Positions 1-9,351 of a stretch of DNA of 64,000 nucleotides are shown here, piece by piece. The notes beneath the pieces are model-generated. The model was given only the letters and a program-made list of their open reading frames with translations, did no database searches and was not told the origin of the DNA. The DNA comes from a candidate division WOR-3 bacterium. GTDB lineage: Bacteria > Hydrothermota > UBA3072 > B12-G15. The translations under genes and the position numbers were made by a program. The stretch spans positions 2,219 to 66,218 of the forward strand of contig CBFGJG010000006.1 of assembly GCA_965649055.1 (NCBI GenBank). Reading direction: 5' to 3'. Numbering within the stretch: position 1 is the first letter of the stretch; the number at the start of each line of letters is the position of its first letter.

Positions 1-2
1 TT

Positions 3-218
3 AAGAAAGGTGCCGAGATAAAAGGAACGAATTACCGTTTATCCGAGCCTGATGAAGAATCAAAAGGAATCGATGGCTACATTGGAGACATCCCAGTATC
101 TATAAAACCCCATACATACGAGGTGAAAGCCGCATTACCGGAGCACATAGACGTCAAAATCATCACTTATAGAAAAATTGATGATGGGATTGAGGTAGAT
201 TATGGTGAAATATTGTGA
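3..218 (+). CDS. 3' end of an unidentified CDS (partial; the 5' end lies outside the window)
   Basis: An open frame runs from the window edge to a TGA at 216-218. It translates to ...KKGAEIKGTNYRLSEPDEESKGIDGYIGDIPVSIKPHTYEVKAALPEHIDVKIITYRKIDDGIEVDYGEIL. I recognise no family. The track missed it because it has no start codon. Confidence 0.3.
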   Translation, partial: KKGAEIKGTNYRLSEPDEESKGIDGYIGDIPVSIKPHTYEVKAALPEHIDVKIITYRKIDDGIEVDYGEIL

Positions 219-244
219 TAATCAGCCACCGCATCGCCTAACAC

Positions 245-313
245 AGCATAAAAGATGTTGGTGCCTTACGGCACCCACTCAAATTTCGCTTTCGACGGAA
301 CTTCTTTTATGCT
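245..313. repeat. Nested perfect inverted repeats in a GC-richer island: an outer 11-bp stem (agcataaaaga/tcttttatgct) enclosing an inner 6-bp hairpin (ggtgcc ttac ggcacc)
   Basis: I read the reverse complements directly from the sequence. The element lies 27 nt after the stop of the upstream partial CDS, in a 620-nt ORF-free region. Confidence 0.5.
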
Positions 314-787
314 GGAGCCGTTATGGTGATTAGAATTTACAGATTTGGAAAGAAGTTCTTTTAAATCAGTTCATATGCAAAGAAATGCAAAATTAAATCT
401 AATAAAAGAAGACTTTAGCAGTTGGTTATTTTCATGGTGAAAAGATATTATATGAATATACAAAAGTTATCCAATCTTTTAAACTTGGAAAATACTTTGC
501 TAAATTCATTTTAAACTAAAATCTCTTCATCTTTTTTGTTTTACAGGATATTAACTTGATTGAAGATTTCCCAAATCCTACCCGGCTATAATTATATCAT
601 ATTGACTATTTTAAAGATGATTAAATAGTGTATCTTATGATAAAAAATTTTTGTTTCAATTATTTATCTTTTTCAATAAACATGGATAAATTTGCAATGT
701 TTAATTTTAAATATTGGAATTTTTTATATAAATATATTTTAACACTAAATTAAATAAAAAATTTATTGTAGAAAAGATTATAAAAAT

Positions 788-838
788 TTGACAAAAAATA
801 TTTAATATATATCATAATAGTAAAAATGGAGGTTACTT
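788..838 (+). promoter_or_regulatory. Probable sigma70-type promoter and RBS of the hydrogenase operon
   Basis: TTGACA lies at 788-793 and is followed by an AT-rich -10 candidate (tatcat/cataat). GGAGG at 828-832 sits 6 nt before the ATG at 839. Confidence 0.4.
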
Positions 839-1879
839 ATGAGAGTTGTAAAATTAAAGAAAAAAAATGCAGTGGATTTTTTGCACGAGATTTCAGACTA
901 TGGTATTGTATATGGACCTGTAAAGAAAGGTGATAGTTTTGTTTTTGCACATGAAGACCCGGAAAGGTTTTCATTTGACGCATTGAGGACAATTATACCA
1001 CCAAAGAAGTTTTTCACACCACCTAAAGAAAAGATGTTTTCCTTTAAGAATGGCGAATGGATTTCAGATACAGAAGAATTGAATAAGAAAAGGGTAATAT
1101 TTGGCTTGCATCCCTGTGATTTACATGGGATCCTTATCCTTGACAGGTTATTTCTTGAACAATTCCCGGACCCGTACTATCAGAAAAGAAGAAGGAATAC
1201 TGCTATAATAGGCCTTTCATGTGAACCTGATGATAAATGCTTCTGTAGATCAACACATACTGATTATGTGGAAGAAGGTTTTGACCTTGCATTATCAGAT
1301 ATCGGTGATGAATATCTCGTATGGATAGGTTCTTCGCTTGGCGATGACCTACAGAAACTTGCTGAAGGACTTATAGAAGAAAAAGTTGATGAGAAGGATA
1401 TTTCGAAATACATAGATTGGAGGAAAAAGAGGGACAAACTTTTCAAACTTGATATTGACCTTACTGCTATGCCGGATATTTTTGAAATAAGCTATAATGA
1501 CGAAATATGGGAAAAAATCGGTAAATACTGCATATCTTGCGGTCAATGCAGTATGGTCTGTCCTACCTGTAATTGTTATGATGTTGAGGATAATTACAGG
1601 TTTGGTAAAGATATTGAAAGGGTAAGGCACTGGGATAGTTGTAATTTCAGAGAGTATTCACTTGTAGCAGGAGGTCATAACTTCAGGAAAGCAAGGTCTG
1701 AAAGATTGAAATTGTGGTATACACATAAACTTGCAGGTTATATGAGTGTTTTCGGAAAACCGGCATGCGTGGGCTGCGGAAGATGTATTGAAACCTGTCC
1801 TGTTGGAATAAATGTTCCGAACGTTGTAAGAGGACTTAAAAGAGAAAAAGTGGAAGCGCTCTGGGAAAAGGAGGGTTAA
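839..1879 (+). CDS. hydB: Sulfhydrogenase (group 3b [NiFe] hydrogenase) beta subunit, 2x[4Fe-4S] protein
   Basis: It has two ferredoxin-type Cys clusters (CISCGQCSMVCPTCNC and CVGCGRCIETCP). It is the first gene of the beta-gamma-delta-alpha set and the RBS is good. Confidence 0.8.
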   Translation: MRVVKLKKKNAVDFLHEISDYGIVYGPVKKGDSFVFAHEDPERFSFDALRTIIPPKKFFTPPKEKMFSFKNGEWISDTEELNKKRVIFGLHPCDLHGILILDRLFLEQFPDPYYQKRRRNTAIIGLSCEPDDKCFCRSTHTDYVEEGFDLALSDIGDEYLVWIGSSLGDDLQKLAEGLIEEKVDEKDISKYIDWRKKRDKLFKLDIDLTAMPDIFEISYNDEIWEKIGKYCISCGQCSMVCPTCNCYDVEDNYRFGKDIERVRHWDSCNFREYSLVAGGHNFRKARSERLKLWYTHKLAGYMSVFGKPACVGCGRCIETCPVGINVPNVVRGLKREKVEALWEKEG

Positions 1880-2722
1880 ATGGATACTAATGTTAACACT
1901 TTTCAGATGTTTAAAAGCAGAATAGTCAGGATGTATGATATAGGACCTGATGTGAGATTTTTTCAGGTCAGGCCACAGGATGTTGATATTTCATTCACAT
2001 CAAATTATAGACCAGGTCAGTTTATGATGCTTTCCATACCTGGTGTTGGTGAAGCACCTTTTTCAATTTCATCAACACCTTCAAGACCAGGACTTTTTGA
2101 ATTTGGTATAAGAAAGGTCGGAACACTAACTGAAAAATTATTCACATTCAAAGAAAATTCATTTATCTGGTTAAGAGGACCTTACGGAAACGGTTTCCCT
2201 ATAGAGAAGATGATAAATAAAAATCTAATAATAGTGATGGGTGGACTTGGCTCAATACCTTTGAGGTCGCTTTTGCTTTTCGCTCTTGATAATCGTGAAG
2301 ATTTTAAAGAGATATATCTTTTACATGGTGCAAAGACACCTGATGATATGTTATTCAGGGATGAACATCTTTCATTGAAGAAAAGGGATGACCTTAAGGT
2401 CCTTCTAACAGTTGATGCAGACCCAACAGGTTTCTGGACTGAAAAAATTGGCGTTGTGACAACGCTATTTTCAACAATAAAAGATATAGACCCTGAAGAA
2501 ACTTATGTTGCAGTGGTTGGACCACCTGCAATGTATAAATATGTTGTGAAAGAGGTTATAAAAATGAATATCCCAAAGCATCAGATACTTATGTCTCTCG
2601 AGAGGAGAATGAAATGCGGCGTTGGAAAATGTGGGCATTGTGCAATAGGTTACATATATACCTGCATAGATGGACCGGTCTTTACATATTGGGATGTTAT
2701 GCATATGAAAGAACTAATTTAG
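1880..2722 (+). CDS. hydG: Sulfhydrogenase gamma subunit, an FAD/NAD(P)-binding oxidoreductase with a C-terminal [2Fe-2S] cluster
   Basis: It has an FNR-like fold signature (RPGQFMMLSI...PFSISS) and a C-terminal CGVGKCGHCAIG...C motif. It lies immediately after hydB with a 1-nt gap. Confidence 0.8.
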   Translation: MDTNVNTFQMFKSRIVRMYDIGPDVRFFQVRPQDVDISFTSNYRPGQFMMLSIPGVGEAPFSISSTPSRPGLFEFGIRKVGTLTEKLFTFKENSFIWLRGPYGNGFPIEKMINKNLIIVMGGLGSIPLRSLLLFALDNREDFKEIYLLHGAKTPDDMLFRDEHLSLKKRDDLKVLLTVDADPTGFWTEKIGVVTTLFSTIKDIDPEETYVAVVGPPAMYKYVVKEVIKMNIPKHQILMSLERRMKCGVGKCGHCAIGYIYTCIDGPVFTYWDVMHMKELI

Positions 2723-2732
2723 GGAGGAAGAT

Positions 2733-3512
2733 ATGGAAAAACCAAAAGTTGGATTTTATGGTCTTACGGGTTGTGCTGGCGATCTTTTGAATATACTGAA
2801 TTGTGAAGATGAGGTTGTTGATATATTTAACACCGTCATTGTAAAATCATTCGTTATGGCTTCAAGAGCAAAAGATGAAAAATCTCCGCTTGATATTGCT
2901 TTTGTAGAAGGTTCGGTTTCAACAAAGAAAGACCTTGAAGACCTTAAAGAAATAAGGAAGAAGACAAAGATTCTAATAGCAATCGGACATTGTGCTACAG
3001 ATGGTGGAGTCCAGTCAATGCTGAACGAAAAGAGTTTTTCCGATAGATATAAAAATGTTTATGGTTCAAACGAAGCAGTAACATTGACAAAACCAATGGA
3101 ACCAAAACCACTCAGTGCATATGTGAAGGTTGATTACGAAATACCGGGTTGCCCTGTATCAAAGGAACAATTCTTAAAATCACTTGGAAGACTATTATTG
3201 GGGACAACCCCGAATCTTTACACTACACCTGTTTGTGCAGAGTGTAAATGGAAGGAAAACGAATGTCTGTTAATTAAGGGTGAACCCTGTTTGGGTCCTC
3301 TAACAAGAGGTGGGTGTAATGCAAGGTGCCCATCTTTCAATATACCTTGTATTGGATGTTGGGGACCTGTTGATGAGGAAAATTATGAAGCACATTTTGA
3401 ATACTTAAAGTCTAAAAATATCGATAAAGAAAAAATAATAAGAAGATTCAGCATATTTGGTGGGACTGAAAGGGCAGAAAAACTTAAGAAACTTCTGGAG
3501 GTGAAGAAATGA
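2733..3512 (+). CDS. hydD: [NiFe] hydrogenase small (delta) subunit
   Basis: It has the N-terminal GFYGLTGCAGD motif and Cys-rich distal cluster ligands (CAECKW...C...C...CIGCWGP). Confidence 0.8.
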   Translation: MEKPKVGFYGLTGCAGDLLNILNCEDEVVDIFNTVIVKSFVMASRAKDEKSPLDIAFVEGSVSTKKDLEDLKEIRKKTKILIAIGHCATDGGVQSMLNEKSFSDRYKNVYGSNEAVTLTKPMEPKPLSAYVKVDYEIPGCPVSKEQFLKSLGRLLLGTTPNLYTTPVCAECKWKENECLLIKGEPCLGPLTRGGCNARCPSFNIPCIGCWGPVDEENYEAHFEYLKSKNIDKEKIIRRFSIFGGTERAEKLKKLLEVKK

Positions 3513-4783
3513 AAAACATAAATATAGAGCCACTTGCGAGGGTAGAAGGACATGGAGGAATAGAAGTTGAATTCTCTGATGGAAAGATAAAAAAAGTAAC
3601 AGTTGATGTATTTGAAGGACCGAGATTAATAGAACAGATTGTAATAGGTAAATCCCCTGAAGAAGATGTTTCAATTGTCTCAAGGATATGTGCGATATGT
3701 TTTGTTTCACATAGACTCTCAGCCATAAAAGGGCTTGAAAAATGTCTTGGTATAAAACCATCACCAAAGGTAGAACTTCTAAGAAGGCTTGCACATTTCG
3801 GTGAGATGATCGAGAGCCATTCATTACATTACTATCTACTTGCATTACCTGATTTAGTAGGTTTCCCTGATGCTATATCAATGGTGAACAAATTCCCCGA
3901 TGATGTTGTCGCTGCACTTGAACTTAAAAAGTTTGGAAATAAGATAATGGAAATAGTCGCAGGTAGAAGGGTTCATGGAGAAAACCTTAATATAGGTTTT
4001 GGGAAGATTCCTGATGAATCCGAACTTGAATGGATAAAGAAAAAATCAGGTGATTGCATTCCTTTGATTGAAAAAGGTCTTGAACTATGGGAAAAACTTG
4101 AAATTCCTGATTATATGGAAGAAGAAAGTTATTTTGCATGTCTTTTACCACCTGAAGGTTTTGGCTTCTGGGGTGATGAAATAACAATTTCTGATGGTGA
4201 GAAACTTGATATAGAAGATTATAAAAAACTTACAAACGAAAGGGTTGTTGAACATTCTTTCGCAAAAAGATGCAGATATAAAGGAAAACCATATGTTGTA
4301 GGTTCAATTGCAAGGATTATAAATCTTGGTGAAAGAATAGATACACCACTTGCTAAATCATTCTATAAGAAATATTACGATGAAAAGAAATGGAAAAAGA
4401 ATCCGATTTATAATAATGTTGCACAGGCAATAGAACTTCTCTTCTGTCTTGAAAAGATCCCGGAATTGATTGATGCTATAAAAAGTGCAAGATATGAGGT
4501 TGTAAAACCTAAAAGGGATACTGGGGAAGGAACTGGTTCCTTTGAAGCCCCAAGAGGAATGTTGATACATCATTATAAATTGGAGAAAGGTCTTGTCAAG
4601 GAAGCAGACTTTATTGCACCTACAACACAGAACCTTGATGCTATTGAAAAATATATTTTTAATGCAGCAAAAAATTTAACTGAAAAAGGGGTAAAAGATA
4701 TAGAACTACCACTTGAAATAATTGCAAGGGCATTTGACCCTTGTATAAGTTGTAGTGCTCATTTAATCAAGGTTAAAAGATAA
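3509..4783 (+). CDS. hydA: [NiFe] hydrogenase large (alpha) subunit
   Basis: The L1 motif RICAICFVSH (RxCxxCxxxH) is at the N-terminus and the L2 motif DPCISCSAH (DPCxxCxxH) is near the C-terminus. A short tail (LIKVKR) follows, which is typical of the peptide removed by the maturation endopeptidase. The gene overlaps hydD by 4 nt. Confidence 0.88.
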   Translation: MKNINIEPLARVEGHGGIEVEFSDGKIKKVTVDVFEGPRLIEQIVIGKSPEEDVSIVSRICAICFVSHRLSAIKGLEKCLGIKPSPKVELLRRLAHFGEMIESHSLHYYLLALPDLVGFPDAISMVNKFPDDVVAALELKKFGNKIMEIVAGRRVHGENLNIGFGKIPDESELEWIKKKSGDCIPLIEKGLELWEKLEIPDYMEEESYFACLLPPEGFGFWGDEITISDGEKLDIEDYKKLTNERVVEHSFAKRCRYKGKPYVVGSIARIINLGERIDTPLAKSFYKKYYDEKKWKKNPIYNNVAQAIELLFCLEKIPELIDAIKSARYEVVKPKRDTGEGTGSFEAPRGMLIHHYKLEKGLVKEADFIAPTTQNLDAIEKYIFNAAKNLTEKGVKDIELPLEIIARAFDPCISCSAHLIKVKR

Positions 4784-4810
4784 GTTAAGGGGGGATTTAT
4801 CCCCCCTTTT
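4784..4810. terminator. Bidirectional rho-independent terminator hairpin (gggggga-ttta-tcccccc) flanked by T/A tracts
   Basis: A GC stem sits in AT-rich context between the convergent hydA (+) and tspO (-) genes. A T-run follows it on the + strand and an A-run precedes it, so a T-run follows on the - strand. Confidence 0.65.
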
Positions 4811-5278
4811 TTAATTCAGCAAAAGAAGAGTAAAATTCAATATTGAGGCAAAAGATACCCATAAAAGATACGGTATAAGAATTATTCCTGCTATCCTGTC
4901 AACTTTATAGAATAATACGGTATTTATAAGAATAAATAACCATAGAATTATGATTTCAATAAATCCTAATAATATACTCTGCAATCCAAAGAAAAATAAA
5001 GACCATAATATATTCAGAAAAATTTGTATTCCGAATATGGATATAAGGAGTATTTTTTTATTACCAAAATTCTTTTTCCATATAATATAGAAAGATATTC
5101 CCATAAGTATGAATAAAATCGTCCATACTGGGGAAAATAACCAGTTAGGTGGATTAAATATTGGTTTATTTATCGTATTATACCATGTTTTTACAGATCT
5201 CGAAGTAAATAATGAACCTAAAATACCTGCTGATAATGCAATCGCAATAGAAATAATAAGTTTTAAGAAATTTTTCAC
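4811..5278 (-). CDS. tspO: TspO/MBR family tryptophan-rich sensory protein
   Basis: It is a 155-aa, 5-TM protein with a Trp-rich sequence (WYNTINKPIFNPPNWLFSPVWTILF...) that matches the TspO pattern. Confidence 0.75.
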   Translation of the reverse strand: MKNFLKLIISIAIALSAGILGSLFTSRSVKTWYNTINKPIFNPPNWLFSPVWTILFILMGISFYIIWKKNFGNKKILLISIFGIQIFLNILWSLFFFGLQSILLGFIEIIILWLFILINTVLFYKVDRIAGIILIPYLLWVSFASILNFTLLLLN

Positions 5279-5293
5279 TTTAAGACCTCCTTT

Positions 5294-5836
5294 TTAAATG
5301 AACATTCTTGTCCTTTTTTTATACTGAAGGTATTCAGAACCAAACTCTGATAACAGTTTTCTCTCTTCAAAGAGAGCCCTATAAATAAATGCAGATAAAG
5401 GTAAGATAACAACAAAAAATGATGAAGGAAAATACTGGAATACAATTCCCAAACCAATGAATGATATCATTTCTCCTGTATAAGTAGGATGACGTATCCA
5501 TCTGTATAGTCCTTTCTTAACCAATTCCTTCTTTTTTATCACAATATCTGCTGAAAAATGTTCACCTAAGGTTAGTATAGAAAATAATCGTATAATTATT
5601 CCAATAACAATTAATATTGTTCCAGAAATCTGGCATAAACCAAATGGCCTTTTAAGCCATGTGATTCTAAAACCCTTAGGAATTATTGCAAGTATCACAC
5701 CTATTAAGATTAATATTGTAACTATGAACTTACTTTTTTTGTCAAGGACTTTTGTATACCCAGTTTTCTTAACCAGAAGAAAATAAATATCAATTATCCA
5801 CCATAATAAGATAACAGACCAGAATATAATTTTCAA
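5294..5836 (-). CDS. Isoprenylcysteine carboxyl methyltransferase (ICMT) family / phospholipid methyltransferase-like membrane protein
   Basis: It is a multi-TM protein with the C-terminal RHPTYTGEMISFIGLGI motif typical of the ICMT/PEMT family. Confidence 0.65.
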   Translation of the reverse strand: MKIIFWSVILLWWIIDIYFLLVKKTGYTKVLDKKSKFIVTILILIGVILAIIPKGFRITWLKRPFGLCQISGTILIVIGIIIRLFSILTLGEHFSADIVIKKKELVKKGLYRWIRHPTYTGEMISFIGLGIVFQYFPSSFFVVILPLSAFIYRALFEERKLLSEFGSEYLQYKKRTRMFI

Positions 5837-5843
5837 AACTTTC

Positions 5844-6512
5844 TCATTTTAACTTTTTATGACACAACCACCAGTCAAAACATTCAAATTCACCATTTTT
5901 TGCCTTTTCAAGCCTCTCTTTTGCAGTTTTAACATCTTTTGCAGGTGGAATAATAACATTATCCTTTATAATCTCATTGTTTGGCCAGTTTGCAGGCATA
6001 GCTACACCATATTTATCAGAAATCTGCATTGCTTCAACAACCCTTAGAATCTCATCCATATTCCTCCCAAGCTCTTGGGGATAATAAAGTATTATCCTTA
6101 TTTTTCCCTTATCATCTACAACAAAAACCGCTCTCACTGTATTTGTCCCTTTCCCCGGATGTATTAAACCAAGCATTTCCGCGACCATCCCGGTATCAGC
6201 AATTATAGGAAATGTTATCTCAACATTCAACTTTTCCTTTATCCATTCTTCCCATTTTATATGGGAGAAGACCTGGTCAACACTTAAACCAATGAGTTCA
6301 CAATTTAAAGCCTTAAACCTGTCATACCTTTTCTGGAATGCCACAAATTCAGTTGTACAAACAGGTGTAAAATCAGCCGGATGACTGAAAAGAACAAACC
6401 ATTTTCCCTTAAAATCATCCGGTAAATTCATAACACCATGGGTTGTCTGAACAGTTATTTTTGGGAAATCATCTCCCAAAAGCGGTATACCTCTTTTTTC
6501 CAAGTTTTCCAT
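5844..6512 (-). CDS. 1-Cys peroxiredoxin (Prx6-type)
   Basis: It has the peroxidatic motif [11 protein letters not shown]. It is about 220 aa long, which matches the 1-Cys Prx architecture. A strong RBS (AAGGAGG) and a TTGACA promoter lie upstream on the minus strand. Confidence 0.85.
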   Translation of the reverse strand: MENLEKRGIPLLGDDFPKITVQTTHGVMNLPDDFKGKWFVLFSHPADFTPVCTTEFVAFQKRYDRFKALNCELIGLSVDQVFSHIKWEEWIKEKLNVEITFPIIADTGMVAEMLGLIHPGKGTNTVRAVFVVDDKGKIRIILYYPQELGRNMDEILRVVEAMQISDKYGVAMPANWPNNEIIKDNVIIPPAKDVKTAKERLEKAKNGEFECFDWWLCHKKLK

Positions 6513-6532
6513 ATAAACCTCCTTATTTTTGT

Positions 6533-6561
6533 AATAATATATAATTTATAATAATTGTCAA
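6533..6561 (-). promoter_or_regulatory. Sigma70-like promoter of the peroxiredoxin gene
   Basis: On the minus strand TTGACA is followed by a 15-17-nt spacer and then TATATT/ATTATT. An AAGGAGG RBS follows before the ATG. Confidence 0.4.
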
Positions 6562-6703
6562 GAAAAAAAATTTAGAATATTTTAAAAATTTCAAAATAGA
6601 ATTATTTTTAGCAATTTTGTTAATCTATGGTAAGAATAAAAATAGAAAGATATAAACTTTAAAATTATAAGATAACAATTTAAAGAGATGGTGAAGTAAA
6701 ATA

Positions 6704-7231
6704 TTATTTGTTCAGTAGTTTTTTAATGTAATTCCCCAATATCTCATCGTCACAAAAATTTGTTTTATCAATAATTTCATTTTTTTCATTCAAAAATAAG
6801 AGTGCAGGTTCGGACATATCTTTAAGATATTCAGCATAAGAATTAATTATATCAAGTTTGTAGTCTGAATAGTCATTTATAAATGTCCATTTTATATTAA
6901 AATTCTCACATATCTTTTTAAGGTCACTTGATGAACAGGTTGATATAGTTATTGTTATAAGATATAAACTATCTTTAGATTTTTCATAGATTTTTGATAA
7001 TTGTTCAAATTGTTTTATAGAATAAGAAGAGAGCCTTCCATTGCAATAAACACGCATAAATTGAATAATCTTTGGTTTACCGTTTAAATCATATAATCTG
7101 AAATTTGTTCCATATATATCATAAGCGATAATATCTGATGCATTTTTTTCTCCTTTTTCTTTCATATTCTTTTTGGGAGGGTTACAAGATGAAAAAATAA
7201 TTAAAAGTATGAAAAATAATTTTTTTCCCAT
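6704..7231 (-). CDS. Putative thioredoxin-fold lipoprotein, a likely partner of CcdA (hypothetical)
   Basis: It has a signal peptide with a lipobox-like FSSC and lies immediately downstream of the ccdA-like gene. Family assignment is tentative. Confidence 0.4.
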   Translation of the reverse strand: MGKKLFFILLIIFSSCNPPKKNMKEKGEKNASDIIAYDIYGTNFRLYDLNGKPKIIQFMRVYCNGRLSSYSIKQFEQLSKIYEKSKDSLYLITITISTCSSSDLKKICENFNIKWTFINDYSDYKLDIINSYAEYLKDMSEPALLFLNEKNEIIDKTNFCDDEILGNYIKKLLNK

Positions 7232-7239
7232 ATTTTCCC

Positions 7240-7935
7240 CTATTTTATAAATTTTGTTAATTCAGAACCGAATAAAATAAAAAGTATACCAGCTATGATA
7301 ATTATGGATGCAACTATCTTCATCGCAATCATTCCAGTTTTTGTCATTTTTTTTATCATTCTTTTTTTCAACTCACCACCAAACATAACGAAAGGAATGA
7401 TAAGTATACTATGTCCTATAGCGAAAGTGAATAGAAGCAGGCCACCATTAAAGGCTGTTATCTCTTTGGACATTATATAAATTATAGCAGGCATTACGAG
7501 TGTAGTTGCACACGGAGCCCATCCAAATGCAAAAATAACTCCAAACATAAACGCAGAAAAATAAGGTGGGAGATCCATTAGTCTCAGTCCAATAGCTTGT
7601 ATTTTTGATATATTACCTTTTTTACCTTTATTGAGAATCTTAAAAATACCAAGTTCCTTCAATCCTAAGTAAATTAAAAGAATACCTACAAGACCAAAGA
7701 AGATGTGTGAATATCTTACAAATTGTCCAATATAAGAGACAAACAAACCGAATATGAAGAAAACTATACTCAAACCTAACATAAAGAGTATTCCAAGTAA
7801 AAGACCTTGTCTTGGGCTGACAGATTCTCCAAAGATGGATGCGATTGCAGCAGTCAACATAGCGAGTGAACAGGGAGAAATGCTTGTAAGAATCCCGAGA
7901 ACAAACATTCCAACGAAATTTACATTTTCAAGCAT
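7240..7935 (-). CDS. ccdA: Cytochrome c-type biogenesis / thiol-disulfide transporter, CcdA (DsbD family)
   Basis: It has 6 TM segments and the conserved Cys motifs SPCSLAML (TM1) and WAPCATT (TM4). Confidence 0.75.
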   Translation of the reverse strand: MLENVNFVGMFVLGILTSISPCSLAMLTAAIASIFGESVSPRQGLLLGILFMLGLSIVFFIFGLFVSYIGQFVRYSHIFFGLVGILLIYLGLKELGIFKILNKGKKGNISKIQAIGLRLMDLPPYFSAFMFGVIFAFGWAPCATTLVMPAIIYIMSKEITAFNGGLLLFTFAIGHSILIIPFVMFGGELKKRMIKKMTKTGMIAMKIVASIIIIAGILFILFGSELTKFIK

Positions 7936-7938
7936 TCT

Positions 7939-8712
7939 TTACCTTATTATTTTTATTTTGTTGTATAATTCTTCAAGTTTTGTCTTATAAAATTCCTTTA
8001 TAATCCCTTCATAATCTATTAGTGGTCTTACAGGTATTAAATCCATAACATCGTCAAATGTTAAATTAGATTTAAAAAGTGTATCAACAGAACCTTTTAT
8101 CAACTTTTCAATAGCTATTTTTGCCTCATCTTCACTAATTCCAAGTTCCTTTGAGATATCTAAAAGTATCTTAAACTGGAACCAAAAATAAGTAGGTCCC
8201 ATACCTGTTATGATTGCATAGGCCTCAAGTTTTTCCTCAGGAACTATTGGAGTATCTCCAAGAGTAGTTAGAAATTCTAAAATCATTTCCCTCTCTTTAT
8301 CACCTATACCATTGTTGAATGTTATTGGGTTAAATCCTTTGTTTATGATACTACCTGCATTTGGTATCATTCTTATTATCTTTTCAGTATTAGTTATCTC
8401 AGAAATACTTTTTATTGTGAATCTTGGTGCAAGGGAAATAACATATGAAGTGCTTTTTAAAATATCTTTTATTTCAAGAAGGACATCTTTTATAACCTTA
8501 GGATGAACAGAAAGAAAAAGTATTTCCATTGAAGCTGGAATTTTATTATCTTTTGTTGTTGTAATCTCTGGTATCCCTTTCTTCAACGTTGTTAGTACTT
8601 TATCATCTATATCGCTGACGAAAACCTCCGATGGAAGTTTGTGTTTTCTTTTAAGACCATTTAATATAATCTTTGTTATTCTTCCACCACCTATAAAACC
8701 TATTGAATTCAT
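7939..8712 (-). CDS. proC: Pyrroline-5-carboxylate reductase family protein
   Basis: It has an N-terminal Rossmann motif (IGFIGGGRI), an MIPNAG block and a C-terminal GMGPTYFWF...LIKGSVDTL dimerization domain that match the P5CR pattern. Confidence 0.6.
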   Translation of the reverse strand: MNSIGFIGGGRITKIILNGLKRKHKLPSEVFVSDIDDKVLTTLKKGIPEITTTKDNKIPASMEILFLSVHPKVIKDVLLEIKDILKSTSYVISLAPRFTIKSISEITNTEKIIRMIPNAGSIINKGFNPITFNNGIGDKEREMILEFLTTLGDTPIVPEEKLEAYAIITGMGPTYFWFQFKILLDISKELGISEDEAKIAIEKLIKGSVDTLFKSNLTFDDVMDLIPVRPLIDYEGIIKEFYKTKLEELYNKIKIIR

Positions 8713-8912
8713 ACCATCTCCTTATTTGCCACATTTACAACCTGATTTATTAGTGTTTGACCGGAAACGAAGAAATTACCCAACACTTGAGTAATCTCCT
8801 CACTTCCACATTTTGGACATTTCATCTTTAATCCTTTTTCCTTTTCTTCAAATGTCATTTTGATTTCAATCTTTTCCCCACATTTAAGGCATAAATACTC
8901 ATATAAAGGCAT
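8709..8912 (-). CDS. FmdB-family zinc-ribbon protein
   Basis: MPLYEYLCLKCGEK...CPKCGSEE matches the FmdB pattern. The likely start is the internal ATG (MPLYEY). The track extends to an upstream TTG. Confidence 0.65.
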   Translation of the reverse strand: MPLYEYLCLKCGEKIEIKMTFEEKEKGLKMKCPKCGSEEITQVLGNFFVSGQTLINQVVNVANKEMV

Positions 8913-9075
8913 ATGACCTCTTTTCACCAACTATAGGAGAAGATTTTTCTTCGCAACTACCTTTGAGTTTTGCATTAGAAATGTCAATTTCTCTCAGGTT
9001 ATTCTTTTTATCTTCCACTGAACCAAGCATGATATCTATAATGTTTCTCATAATTATACTTTTAACTCAGCCATT

Positions 9076-9351
9076 TTAATCCGGACTTTCTTTAATTTTA
9101 TTTATTGCTTCAACAAGTTCTTTCCTTGTTGGAAAGATAATTGCGCCCGTTAAACATAGATTTGCACAGGCAGAACATCCAATAACACAATTGTATGGGT
9201 TTACAATTTCAGGATGATTATTTTCTTCATCCCACCGATAAACACCATTATGACAAAAGTTGAAACATTCTTTACAACCTGCACATTTATCATAATCTAT
9301 TCTTGGAAACCATGGTATTTTTTCCCGCGGAATTTCACCTAATATTCCCAT
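9076..9351 (-). CDS. Small 4Fe-4S ferredoxin-like protein, paralog 1 (92 aa)
   Basis: It has the Cys pattern CAGCKECFNFC...CVIGCSACANLC and an N-terminal IPWFPRIDYDKC motif. I moved the start to MGILGE because GGAGGtaaatATG precedes it. It overlaps paralog 2 by 17 nt. Confidence 0.6.
   Translation of the reverse strand: MGILGEIPREKIPWFPRIDYDKCAGCKECFNFCHNGVYRWDEENNHPEIVNPYNCVIGCSACANLCLTGAIIFPTRKELVEAINKIKESPD

Noticed and set aside
245-313. Whether the GC-rich palindromic element is a tRNA or tRNA fragment.
   Set aside because: The outer stem is 11 bp and there is no D or T arm geometry, so it is not a cloverleaf.
8899-9051. A 50-aa ORF (MRNIIDIMLG...) in the gap between the ferredoxin-like genes and FmdB.
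   Set aside because: It has no Shine-Dalgarno sequence and overlaps the FmdB start in another frame. It is probably spurious. The gap more likely holds the FmdB promoter.
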